A stretch of 63,293 bases of DNA, counting the filler, from Cladosporium halotolerans (taxonomy: Eukaryota), in NCBI RefSeq assembly GCF_011745625.1. It is 10 parts of 10 records of this genome, joined end to end, with 100 filler letters (N's around TTAATTAATTAA, not from the genome) between each part and the next. Parts side by side here need not be neighbours in the genome. Positions count along the whole stretch, not along the records: positions 1 to 6,404 come from NW_027191649.1; positions 6,505 to 12,906 come from NW_027191650.1; 8 more parts are not named here. One strand, given 5' to 3'. Numbering within the stretch: position 1 is the stretch's first letter; each line of letters begins with the position of its first letter. The position numbers and the translations under genes are program-made. The notes beneath the pieces are model-generated. The model did no database searches and had not been told where the DNA came from. It saw nothing but the letters and a program-made list of their open reading frames with translations. Shown here one piece after another: positions 1 through 10,191 of this stretch.

Positions 1-1349
1 AGGGGATTGAATGTACCAGGCAATTCGCAGCCCCTGCTTCTCCGCATCAATTGTGTAACTTCTTTGAGGTAGTCTGATCTGGAGACCCCATTAGGTTCAA
101 GGACCTCTTCCTCAGGAGTCTCAACAATGATGCGAGCGTGACCTTCTTCTCGTATCGTCTCTTCAAAGTCGATCAAGGTGTTTTGAATGACCGCTCGTAG
201 ACGTCTCCGGTACCCATCCTCCGTCATCGCATTTCCGAAGAACTGGTCGTTGTACATGCCATCCACAGCTGACCTGATGAGAGCGGAAAGATCATGGCTG
301 ACCTTCAGGAGGTAGCGACGTTGGTCTGCTATTGTTGCTCTAGAGCTGCCAAGTTGCGCCAAGATGTTGTGACTTGCGGCGATACCGGCGCCCACATCGT
401 CCAAAAGGCTAGGTAGTTGGAGAAGGATCTGGTCTTTGAGGACGTTGCTCAATCGAATCTTTAGCGTCTTGGCTCCCAAAAATGATGACTCGATGGAAGC
501 CCACGCTCCACTAGCGAAAAATGTCTCTTCTATCTTGTCCCGTGCGATGGATGTGGTGTTTCTTGTTTCGTAGCTTCTGTTTCGCAGTACATGCCAGCCC
601 AACCGGAAAACGACGTCTTTATTCTGTGCAAGCCTCACATATGAGCTCTCGCTATCTGAGCCAGGATCCAAAGTGTCTGGTTTCGTTATGAGTCCGAGCG
701 TACGCATTCCTTCCGGGTCTAGATTTCGTGCCAGCTCTGTGACCTCTTGTAGAGCAAAGTCGCTCTTGGCGGATACGACGGCGAGTATGATGCTCCTCGG
801 CCTTTTCATATATCCAACCACCATATTTCTGACAGTATCTGCATCCTCAACCGATTGGTCTTGGTTTCCAGCTCGGAAGAGACCCGGAAGATCGACCATT
901 GTGAGGTGTGGTTGAAGAGGCCCACAAAGCTCGACTCGGAGAATGTCAGTGCTGAATCTTTTGACATCTGATAGGCCCATGACTTCTTTCGCCTTCTCAA
1001 CGACTTCACCCAGGTCGGGCGTCTCATTCTCAAAGTCGTAGCCGAATTTTGAAAGATGCTGTCGCTCGCGGTCTGTTCGGTTTGGACCAGCAGTGATAGA
1101 TATCTTGACAGTTTCGTTTTGTGCGCGCCGCAGTACGAGCTCTGTAGCGAACCTTGTGCACAGGTTGTCCTTCGTTGGGAACGACATGCCAGAAATAGCT
1201 TCGAGGACCGAGCTCTTTCCGGCTGACTGGTCGCCGCAAACCACAATTTCAGGCAGATCCACATACTTGCTAATGCCTTTGGATCGAAGTCTGTCGATGA
1301 TATCCAGTAACTGCCGGTGTTGCTCGGATTGTAGCTCTACTGAAGACAT
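1..1349 (-). CDS. Dynamin-family (Mx-like) GTPase, 3'-truncated at contig edge
   Basis: Manual translation from ATG at 1349 (not in the ORF track because it runs off the window): MSSVELQSEQHRQLLDIIDRLRSKGISKYVDLPEIVVCGDQSAGKSSVLEAISG (G1), LCTRFATE (G2), MVDLPGLF (G3), ITKPD (G4), LGWHVLRNR. Confidence 0.93.
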   Translation of the reverse strand, partial: MSSVELQSEQHRQLLDIIDRLRSKGISKYVDLPEIVVCGDQSAGKSSVLEAISGMSFPTKDNLCTRFATELVLRRAQNETVKISITAGPNRTDRERQHLSKFGYDFENETPDLGEVVEKAKEVMGLSDVKRFSTDILRVELCGPLQPHLTMVDLPGLFRAGNQDQSVEDADTVRNMVVGYMKRPRSIILAVVSAKSDFALQEVTELARNLDPEGMRTLGLITKPDTLDPGSDSESSYVRLAQNKDVVFRLGWHVLRNRSYETRNTTSIARDKIEETFFASGAWASIESSFLGAKTLKIRLSNVLKDQILLQLPSLLDDVGAGIAASHNILAQLGSSRATIADQRRYLLKVSHDLSALIRSAVDGMYNDQFFGNAMTEDGYRRRLRAVIQNTLIDFEETIREEGHARIIVETPEEEVLEPNGVSRSDYLKEVTQLMRRSRGCELPGTFNP

Positions 1350-2676
1350 GGCGAGCACGCGGAAGTCCCGTGACTAGTTCAGAAAACAACTTCTTTTCTA
1401 GAAGAGAAAATTGCAAAAAGGCTATTGCTTGCCAATGTCACAATTGCTTTTGTCACTTCAGCGTGCAATGTCCAGACTAAGTACTCTGTGATGCGGGATA
1501 ACTTGAGGATTTTCGAATTTGCCAAGAATGGAAATGCAGGGTCACAAACCTCTTGACAACGCATACTTCTACCTTCTCGATACAAAGTCCCGATCAGTGA
1601 TGCGATATAATAACGCAAGCCGCATGCATCACACCAATGTTTCGCTTAGTAGAAGCATTCTTACAGTAGTGTCTATGGCAACCTCTGGTGTGAGAACCTG
1701 ACTTATGTGGCCTCTGCACTGAATACCGGTGAGCTCATCAGCGAAGGCAAATTGAGCTCGTTTGCATGTGCCCCACTTACAGGCCTGGAGAAGCACAACT
1801 TGCAGCTCTAATGTGCTAGCTCATTGACCCACCTAAGACTGCGGAAGAACGTTCCGACCTCCGCGCATCGAAGTGCAGAATCATAACGCATGGCTGATAG
1901 CACTAAGTAGCTGCTTCGCCGCCACTGAGCTCTTGACACGCATACAGTCGCTTGCTCCGTCCGCATGACGTGTCGGCCGAGATTCTTTACTGCAGCGTGT
2001 TTGACTCTTATTTGCTGCCTCATAGCTTAACAACAGGCGACTGAGCTCTCTTGCTGTAGCTCACGATACTGTCCTTCCTGGTGATTCGATTCACGGCTGG
2101 ACGGAGGTTACCCCCAGTTTTTTAGAAATGAGCGTCCTGTTATGCCAGGCGCTGAAATCACACAACAACCTCTCCAGCCACGTTAGAGTGCAAGAGAGGG
2201 ACGTCGAGTGGCGACAGCCTCACGAATTGTATCTGGCGTATCAGGTAAGCTTTACGCCCGGCTGAAAATAAATCCGCTTTCACGCGGCTGCGCTCTGATT
2301 GGCAGTAAAAGGATGTGGATCAACGTGCGATCGCGGATAATGGTAGAGAAATCCTTCATATGACCACTCCTTGCCCATTAGTTGAGCTTTCACTTAACGT
2401 GGACAATCAACATTCGTCAGATTATTCCATCACCACAATGTCCACACCAGCCACAATCTTTGTCACAGAGAGCCCAGTTTTGCTCATTATCGTCGTACAA
2501 CGCATATCGAGAAGAGACGTCGTTGTACGGAGAGGTCAGCGAACACTTCGGTTTGCCTTTCCTGGCTTTGCCGCCGTTCTCACCACCCTCTGGCACAAAT
2601 ACGACGGGTTGATATCGCAGCTCGCCAGCGTGAAACTGTCAGAGGTCAGTAAGATAACAAGGTGGGGGTACAGACC

Positions 2677-3603
2677 TCATACTGCGGACTGGGCTAAGAC
2701 CTCCTGGTTTGCAAGTGGAGTCGGCCCACAGGTCGTCGAAGCTGCTACTGTCACGTTCGACCTGGTTTCTCTCTTGGGCGGAAACCTCCAGCTTTTAGGG
2801 CCTAAGCTTTTTTGTCTTCCATGATGCTTGTAGCTTGGACTTCTTGACTCGTTTAGCCGTTTCTCGGTTTCGACTCGGGCTTTTTCCAACCAGTGGCAGC
2901 TCATCCGTTTTTGATAAATCGCAGAGAGTAGAGGTAAAAACTCAACATCACCAACGCAGTAGTCAATGAGAACTTGCGGAAGAGGTCGAACGTTGAAGAC
3001 TTCGTAGGTTCCACCGAGTTTGGGGTCAAACTTTTTGATGACTTCTTTCTTCGTGTTTTGCCATTGCAATAGGGCTTCTGACGGCAAAGCTTGCTCTTGC
3101 TCTATGCACTTGGCGAGGCCGCACAAGGCGTGCTTCATGCCTTTTCTAGATGCCAGCTCTAGAAGCTGTACATCCACCACTCCGTCCAGTCGGACGCCAA
3201 ACAGAGCGTACAATGCGTCGGAGTCGTTTCGGACATCGAATAGATACTTCTTGATGGCCTTAGACTCCAGTGCATCCTTGAGAGATTTTCCTTCGGAACC
3301 GGTCGTGTCGAAAGCTGTCATGCCCAAAATGTGAATATCGATAATGAACGCTTGTTCGCACGACGGGACAAGTATCTGTACGAGGGAAATGGAGCCATGA
3401 CGAGATAAGTTGATTCCTTCCAAGTCCATGTAGATGGAACCAAAGCTCTTTTGGAGGTGTGCCAAAGTATCAACAAGGGACTTAACAGTAGCGGGGGTGT
3501 CCACCATCACCGCGGTGGTCAACCTCCAGGTGTTCTGTGGACCAGGTTCGCTGAGCTCGAGTTTTCCCATCTCTTTGATGGCGCCCATCTCAGGTGATGT
3601 CAT
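2677..3603 (-). CDS. DnaQ-like (DEDDy) 3'-5' exonuclease, EXD1/Egalitarian-like
   Basis: 308-aa intronless ORF with ExoI YMDLEG, ExoII FDVRNDSDAL, DVQLLELA and ExoIII YCVGDV motifs. Confidence 0.88.
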   Translation of the reverse strand: MTSPEMGAIKEMGKLELSEPGPQNTWRLTTAVMVDTPATVKSLVDTLAHLQKSFGSIYMDLEGINLSRHGSISLVQILVPSCEQAFIIDIHILGMTAFDTTGSEGKSLKDALESKAIKKYLFDVRNDSDALYALFGVRLDGVVDVQLLELASRKGMKHALCGLAKCIEQEQALPSEALLQWQNTKKEVIKKFDPKLGGTYEVFNVRPLPQVLIDYCVGDVEFLPLLSAIYQKRMSCHWLEKARVETEKRLNESRSPSYKHHGRQKSLGPKSWRFPPKRETRSNVTVAASTTCGPTPLANQEVLAQSAV

Positions 3604-4411
3604 TGCAACAAGGTTACTGGAGGTGGTTGTCAGGTAAAGAGACGGTAGACCAGTAGAACTTGGGTAGATCCAATTTTGATGATTGCAGACACGCCTGGTT
3701 GCACCAAAGAATCTTTTTGCGAGAGAGCAAAGTTTTTTTACTATTGGACGAGAGCTTGCAAAATAATACCGTGGTTGCTGCCGACGATAGTTCTCATAAG
3801 ATGGCCTGTGCGTATCGGTTCCGAAGTCAAAGGCTCTACGTTCGTTAGAAGCGAAGAGACACCGATCGTATCATGATCAGAGGCTGGCGCTCTTTTCAAG
3901 ATGGAGAAGTCGGGCTTCGCCGGTCGGAAAGTAATGATGTTCGACAAGCGCAAGCGAGTCGCAAGTGGAACTATGGGAACAGGATTTAAATATTGTTGCA
4001 GCAAATGGAAATCGTTGCCCTTACCCCTCAAGAAGCTCACGACGTTTAGGTCGCATGTAGTGATAGCTCCATTGCATGCATCCGAAGTTCGACCAGCGAC
4101 CTATCGCGGTGTAACCTTAGTGTTCTCGTGTGTGATCAACGTAACCTGAGAAGTCCTTGCAATGCATGCTGCATAGATCGGAAATGCAGCACTCATGCAC
4201 ATGCTTCCTCGGTTCGTGCTGGCACCACCGCTAATCAAGAACCGTTCATGCTTAGCTGTGGTGGCGGGGAGCTCGCTCCGGCAGCGCTTGGCGCATGATA
4301 TGACAATTTGCAGTACATCTTATTTAAGCCCATGCGCATAGGTGTGCGTAGCCCTCAACTTTGCCGATGCAAGCTAACAACAAGCAGAGTTATTAGTAGC
4401 GCGTGGTGTTG

Positions 4412-4915
4412 TCATGTGTTCTCGCATCTTGAGCTAGGCCATGCTTTTGCGACAGCGCACGCCTGCATGAAGGATCGGAGTAACCTTGTGTTGTCCAGCG
4501 ACAGCTCATGCCAGCCATAATGTTCGGATATATCAGCTCCCCAGACAGCTACGATAGCCGTTTGGTGTCTGATTCCCTGGGCATCATGAGCTCGTGTCTG
4601 CTGCGACCGCTGTGCAAGGCTGGCGAAAGATTTCCACGCTTCGGTATCTTGCCCTCGTTGTGGCTTATGCAAGAAAGGAGCGAAAGCGTTGGTGAAAGCA
4701 GCGGCGATATCATCCGCCCACATGGATACTCTCATAATCGTGTCACGGCATGTACGACATATTTTCGCCTTGTCGGCATCGCTCTTAGAACGAACGAGCT
4801 CGCGGTCGAACTCCGCAGCCAAGCTGAGTGCTGCCGAGCCAAATGATGTAGTAGGGTTCTTTTTGGTGGTCGACGACACTGCGAGTGAAATGGAAGGGCC
4901 CGCACCGAGAGCCAT
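4412..4915 (-). CDS. Hypothetical protein
   Basis: ATG at 4915 (MALGAGPS...) opens 167 codons inside a longer open frame. No recognisable motif. Co-oriented with neighbours. Confidence 0.3.
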   Translation of the reverse strand: MALGAGPSISLAVSSTTKKNPTTSFGSAALSLAAEFDRELVRSKSDADKAKICRTCRDTIMRVSMWADDIAAAFTNAFAPFLHKPQRGQDTEAWKSFASLAQRSQQTRAHDAQGIRHQTAIVAVWGADISEHYGWHELSLDNTRLLRSFMQACAVAKAWPSSRCENT

Positions 4916-5441
4916 GTTTGGTACGGTTCGGCGGAAAGTCTCGTGAGTCGGGGCCACGATCACTATGTAGAACGTGCTTTGGCGATCGCCTATATTCGAG
5001 AGAAGATCATCGGGTACGGATCCTGTGTGCAGGCGGTGACTGATAACCCGAACCCTTGACCTCATCTTGGAATGGAGACACACACAATCCTTCGCTTTGC
5101 TTCTCCAGTCTCGAATCCACAACTGTCCACAAGCTCTCCTATTTTCGCCATGGCTTGCAAATTCATGCGTCCGTTCGTGCAAGATACAACCGGTGCCGAA
5201 CATCTGTAATTGGCGTTCCGTACAGCCAGGAGATCCGTACAGCTGTCGACCAAGTCGCGCCACTGGTCGCAGCTGTGCGAACTACAAAGAATATTTTTAT
5301 CCTACTGGCAGTCGTTTGTCGATGGTTTGATGCTTAGCATGGCGCAGAAGCTTAACAGAGGTGTGTCAGGCGTGGAGGCGATGTAGAGAGAACTAATGTT
5401 TCATTTCTATCTCTATTTCAAAATATCCGCCGCAGCTATCA

Positions 5442-6404
5442 CTACTGATTTGGTATAACTCTGACTTCACCGCTTATCTTCCGCCTCTGCCACACTCTAT
5501 CCGCTCTATTTGTCATGTCGTCCAGCGGCCGCTTCCGTGAAGGCAGAGAGCCTGAGGGGAATCCCAAAAAGTCATGCCACTCTTGGCTAACTCGGCGATA
5601 CTCTGACTTTCTCGCTTCGACGTGCCCAGCAGCCTCCTCCAGCCCACGAGCATATGTTATACCTGCTGTCCAGGATGTGTGAGAGCCTTGTCTATCCACC
5701 CCAGACTCCTCTAAGCCGTAGTCACGTTTGAAGCCGCCGCATTTAAGATGCTTCCGAGAGATAGCAACCGCCAGGTGTCGGTACAAAGATATGTTCATTG
5801 CGACACCGAATGCTTGCTTCGTCTCGCGCTGGAGTACGCGACTGAGTCTGGAGCTATCCCAAGGATCGAGGCTTCCTTGCTTCGCCCATACGAATGGGGA
5901 CGGAAGGTCTCTTCTACGCAAAGCAAGCATCTCTAGCTTTCTGAAAAATGGTTGAATGAGCCAGAGGTAGTATACTAGAAGCTCTCCGACCGCCTTTGGT
6001 AAATAGCGGTGGATGATCTTTGTGTTACCAGTGGTACTGTAGCCTTTGTGGTAGGTTGTCACTGTGCTCACCATGCCGCCCTCGATGAAAATGTTCCTGT
6101 GGTGGCCGCTAACAGTATTGACATGCCTCAAGCTCAGTGTCTCGCTGCCTCGGGCTGGCTGACCTGCCGTAAGGTGGACAAGTAGGAGCAACTGCTCGAG
6201 GAATGCCTCGACTTGGAGGAAATATGTTTGACACATGCTTTGATTCCAACGTTGTTCTGCGGCTGTACTTCCCGCACAAATGAACTCATCCTGGAGCCAC
6301 GGGGTCTCAAGTACTCTTTTCAAGAGCCATACGTCTCGATCTGGCAGAGGACCTTGAAGGTTCTGTGGATGACGCAAGAAGCTCCAGCCCTTCTGGTTCT
6401 CCGT
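5442..6404 (-). CDS. Tyrosine-recombinase-like protein resembling the N-terminal region of fungal telomere-linked RecQ helicase (DUF3505-associated) proteins; 5' end lost in gap; no helicase domain follows
   Basis: Frame open from the gap (TENQKGWSFLRHPQN...) to the stop at 5442. Motifs: LTAGQPARGSETLSL, TTYHKG, IIHRYLP, SLYRHLAVAISR, QGSHTSWTAGITYAR, SQEWHDFLG. Family recognised from memory; the recombinase reading is inference. Confidence 0.75.
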   Translation of the reverse strand, partial: TENQKGWSFLRHPQNLQGPLPDRDVWLLKRVLETPWLQDEFICAGSTAAEQRWNQSMCQTYFLQVEAFLEQLLLLVHLTAGQPARGSETLSLRHVNTVSGHHRNIFIEGGMVSTVTTYHKGYSTTGNTKIIHRYLPKAVGELLVYYLWLIQPFFRKLEMLALRRRDLPSPFVWAKQGSLDPWDSSRLSRVLQRETKQAFGVAMNISLYRHLAVAISRKHLKCGGFKRDYGLEESGVDRQGSHTSWTAGITYARGLEEAAGHVEARKSEYRRVSQEWHDFLGFPSGSLPSRKRPLDDMTNRADRVWQRRKISGEVRVIPNQ

Positions 6405-6504
6405 NNNNNNNNNNNNNNNNNNNNNNNNNNNNNNNNNNNNNNNNNNNNTTAATTAATTAANNNNNNNNNNNNNNNNNNNNNNNNNNNNNNNNNNNNNNNN
6501 NNNN
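6405..6504. other. Artificial contig spacer (44N-TTAATTAATTAA-44N); also at 12907-13006, 19355-19454, 25774-25873, 32189-32288, 38559-38658, 44852-44951, 51002-51101, 57148-57247
   Basis: Nine identical 100-nt spacers containing a six-frame stop linker. Confidence 0.98.
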
Positions 6505-6601
6505 CTTGATCATGACCCTTTGGCTTGCTTGCTTGCTTGGTGCTCAAAATAGCCAAGCGCAAGCAAGCCGCTCGTACTGGACTTGCTTGTGGACACCACT
6601 G
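6505..6601. mobile_element. Terminus of a hAT-like DNA transposon
   Basis: Ends ...cttgcttgtggacaccactg (reverse complement CAGTGGTGTCCACAAGCAAG). Clustered GCTT/CAAG subterminal repeats lie at the contig edge. Confidence 0.55.
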
Positions 6602-6781
6602 ATTGCATTCGAACGAATATGAGGCAGCAATGCCTTGTCGTTGTCTTGTTGCAGTGCATTTTTCAGTACCTTTTAAATCGTAGGTTATCTATTTCGAGTA
6701 TCGTCTTTGGCTTCTGTCGACCGTACATTGACTCTGCGTCTTCTAAGCTCAACTCATTAACAAATTCTGTGAGCAGGCAAG

Positions 6782-8617
6782 CTAGTGTCCAAATAAAGAG
6801 ACAAAATAATTTTCCATGCCGTCAACATCCTCGATTTCTCCGACCCAGCCAACGTGCATATCAGGTCGCACGATGACAAGAGCGCCCCTACTCCGATCCA
6901 CGCCCCACAAGTCGTAAGCGCCTCCATCGCAGTAACGATCGAGGTGGCTAGTGGTGTCGACGAAAATGCGACGATAGTCCCAACCGTGGTAATCAGGATC
7001 AAATGGGCCGCGTAGAGTTTCGGGAAAGTCGAAGATCGAACGCGAAGCATACTGTTGACCACTGTGGATGGTGAGCAAAGATATCATGGAGTCCAAAGGT
7101 CGTTCGTGGTCGAAAGTTATGGCAGGATGCTGTTGGCCCGTCGGGTCGGCACAAGCTGGCTGGAAACGTGTTGGGGCTTCAAAAGGATAAGGATAGCGCG
7201 AGACCAACGCGTTACAGCGCCCATCAGCCTGACCTCCAGCTGAGATCCTTTTGCACAGATGCTTGACCCTCTCGAACTGCTCTTCAGCATCGATATCGCC
7301 AGCCATCAAAACGATTCTGAAGCGCCCGTCGCTTTGGAATAGTCTCGTCGTCCAATACAGCTGTGAGTCTGCATGTCCGAGCACTCTTGCGTGTATGAAC
7401 GATTCTCCCACGATCAGCTTCCTGGCTGCGGACTGAGAACTCGTTGTCTTTGAAATAATCAGGTTTTCGGGGTACATCAATTTTCGTCCGTCGGCAAATT
7501 CACGGAATGCTTCGTGTGTCTTTTGGAAATCTCCCGAATCCATGGCTCCTTCGTTGGTCCAGAGCGCGCGGTCAAAGTTCACGAGCGTTTTGGCCACCGG
7601 AAGTCGTTCCATCTCGTACGTGGCGAGCAATTCGGCCGGAGAGCGCACGGCTCTTGCAGCAGCAAGTGCAACCTTCCAGCCTAGATTGTAGCCATCCTGC
7701 ATACTTGTGTTCATACCCAGGCCGATCTTTGGAGAATGCATGTGAACAGCGTCTCCAGCCAAGAAAATGCGACCGCATGGGTTCTGCGAGCGCTCAGAGA
7801 CTCTTTGACCCACTTGATAAACACTCCACCATTCGCAGATTTTGAAGTTGAAGGTATAACCCTTGAAGAACGTCTGAGCCCGACAGCGGATTGTCTCGAG
7901 ATCGATAGTGGCACGGTCGTGGTGTTCGGGTGTGTTGGGTATGAACGGAACGTAGATACGCGTCATGTTCCGTTCGCGCGGAAGAACCATCAAGGCTCCA
8001 TGTTCGCCTTCAATAAAGCCTGGGTAGCGGATATCCGGGAAGTCTGTTACCGGTACGACATCCATGACACCCCTTAGAAGAGGAGCTTAGCATAAGGTTT
8101 AAGAAGATCGATCACGGAGAACTCACCACAGAGAATCTAGCCCAGAGCCTTGGGTCTTGTACCCCAAATTATGCCTAAGCCAGCTATGAGCACCGTCTGC
8201 GCCGACCAGATATCTAGCCTCAACAACTTCAGTGCCCAGCTTCCGCGGAGAAGCACTTTCAAGCGCTTTCAGTTCGTCTTGCGCAAGATTGTTCTTCGAT
8301 ACGATGTGTCTCCCTCCGTACCCGTAGCTGGCAATTCTGTCTTTTGTTCCCGTATCTGACATCGTTCGCAGCGTGACTCTGATCGGATAAGCGTCATGAT
8401 CGTCTTGTAAAGAAGAGTCGTACGAGAACGACTCCGCGGACACGCCACGTTCCACCTTCAGCGCGCATGATGTTTCTTCGATGTTGTCTACCAGAAAACG
8501 CTCGATGCGACCTTGACTTGTCGTCAGGTTCATGAAAGGAGACGGCAAAGTTGCGATCCGGTCTGTCATGAGATTCGCTCTGTGGGCGCAGATGATACGA
8601 CCGTGTTCTCCTGGCAC
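6782..8617 (-). pseudogene. Phenol 2-monooxygenase-like FAD-dependent hydroxylase, N-terminal exons not found
   Basis: Exons 8617-8127 and 8072-6782; intron 8126-8073 (GTGAGT...GCTAAG...TAAG) joins ...DSLW/GVMDVVP. Motifs QGRIERF, YLVGADGAHS, FLAGDAVHMHSPKIGLGMNTSMQDGYNLGWK, VRPDMHVGW. No GxGxxG exon is evident, and a retroelement fragment lies immediately 5'. Confidence 0.85.
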
Positions 8618-8621
8618 CTAT

Positions 8622-8863
8622 TGGCGAGACGGAGAGATGGTGCAGGAGGACCACTGATGAGGAGTAACAACACGACGGGACAGTAGGAGGGCTCAGAGCC
8701 CGAAAGCCGTGGCGGCTCGACGAATTCGGGACGGCGAGCAGGAGCAGAAGAGAAGAAGGAAATCGAGAGGCACGTTGAGGAAATTGGAAGTTCTCTAGTA
8801 AATAGTTAGGGGGTTGTCATAACCTAGATAGCTTGCATTCAATATGGAAAAGAAAAAAAAAAA
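8622..8863 (+). mobile_element. 3' fragment of a poly(A)-tailed non-LTR retroelement
   Basis: Ends ...ggggttgtcataacctagatagcttgcattcaatatgg plus an A-tail. Homologous to 10791-10851, 19245-19354 (-) and 19455-19529. 5' boundary approximate. Confidence 0.75.
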
Positions 8864-9661
8864 CTTCGACTGCGCCAGAGACGCAGGCAGGTGTCAGTTT
8901 CTCTGGCAGTCCACAGTGCTGATGAAGGTTTTATAAGGTACATGAAAATAAGCTCAAACTCTCTGACGCCTTTATGGGATAATCGCAGATGGCTTTGGAG
9001 TTCTTCAGGTCATGCGACAATGCGTTGGGTGCACAGCGGTGCCTCCAGGAAGGGATTTCAATAGGCTCTGGACTGCATGGCTCGCAGGAGATTTTGTTGA
9101 ACATGTCAGCATGCCAACGCGATATTTGCTATCTGTGTCATCTGCTCCATCCTTTAGCACATGCCGCTTAAGAAGGCCCTACGCGTGTTTGACCGACGCG
9201 TCAAAGAGGCCTCCGCGTCCTGCCCCAAAAATGGCTGGGGAGCAATCTTCCAGAGTGTGCGAACCCAACTTGCAGCATGGCAACACGTGAGAGCGTGCTG
9301 AATGGCATGGCCGTTCCAGCTAAGTCCAATCGGGTCAGGGAATGTGTTCCACTGCATAATCATGAATATGAAACCCCACACCCGAGGTTAAACGATGCAC
9401 CGAGCGGTCTAGACGTTGTTGGGCAACCCGGGGGGTGGGGAAACGCACATGGAATTTGTGGATGTTCACATTGCAATGCTTCGGAAACAAGTGTCACTTA
9501 TTTTATACTTAAATCTGCCATAGCAGGCAATGCAGAAAGACCGAACCGCACTGGGATGCTTGCACCGAAAAAGGCGACTGCTCAAAAATTGCAGCTCAGC
9601 ACGCGATTGAGTGACCTAATGGAGCCCACGATATGAGAATCAATTGCAACAATCGATATTG

Positions 9662-10060
9662 CGGCCGAAGAGGATTCAGGTAGCAGTCGCTTTCATCACT
9701 TGCCAGATAAAAAAAAATAGAAAAAGGCGAAGGTTAGGTTGGCTGCCACAGAGCAAAAACGACTCTGCCAACAGCGCGAGAAACGGCTAACATCCTTAAT
9801 AGTGCGACGGCCAGCGGCCTTCATGCGAGCATTGTGCGAAGAAAGACGTCGCCTGCGAATATGTTGTCGAGCCAGACACAACACGTTCCACATCTGTCCG
9901 GCAAGAAAGCGAGACCCTTCAAGTCGAGGTGGAACTACTGCACAAGCTCATTGAGTTCGTTCGCACCGGTCCCGACGCTGAAGCTCAAGAAGTGTTTCGG
10001 AATATCCGGGCATGTAACGATCCTCTAGATATTGCAAAGGCATTGGATGTCTCGTCCTGA
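9662..10060 (+). pseudogene. Small Zn2Cys6 transcription factor gene, degenerate
   Basis: RPKRIQVAVAFITCQ..KKAK, intron 9733-9802 (GTTAGG...GCTAAC...TAG), then CDGQRPSCEHCAKKDVACEY...LIEFVRTGPDAEAQEVFRNIR...VSS*. First Cys appears as Phe, there is a frameshift in the A-run near 9708-9720, and no in-frame ATG was found. Confidence 0.75.
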
Positions 10061-10191
10061 GTTTCCGCTATCGCTGGGTTTACATTTTTGTGCGCCGTCC
10101 GCGAAGGCCAGACCTTCTAATAATATTACAGTAAACTTATTGGAATTCATGGGACATGGCCTCGTTGAGGAGCTTTGGAATGCAGAGACCT

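Noticed and set aside
8654..8720. Hammerhead-ribozyme-like pieces: CTGATGA, hairpin GGGCT-CAG-AGCCC, GAAA-GCCG-TGG-CGGC-TC
   Set aside because: CTGATGA is about 28 nt from stem II rather than adjacent, and the homologous copy at 10658-10720 loses GAAA and the stem III pairing.
9200..9260. AIFGAGRGGL on the minus strand as the missing monooxygenase GxGxxG
   Set aside because: Flanking residues do not fit the family and a stop follows shortly; probably chance.
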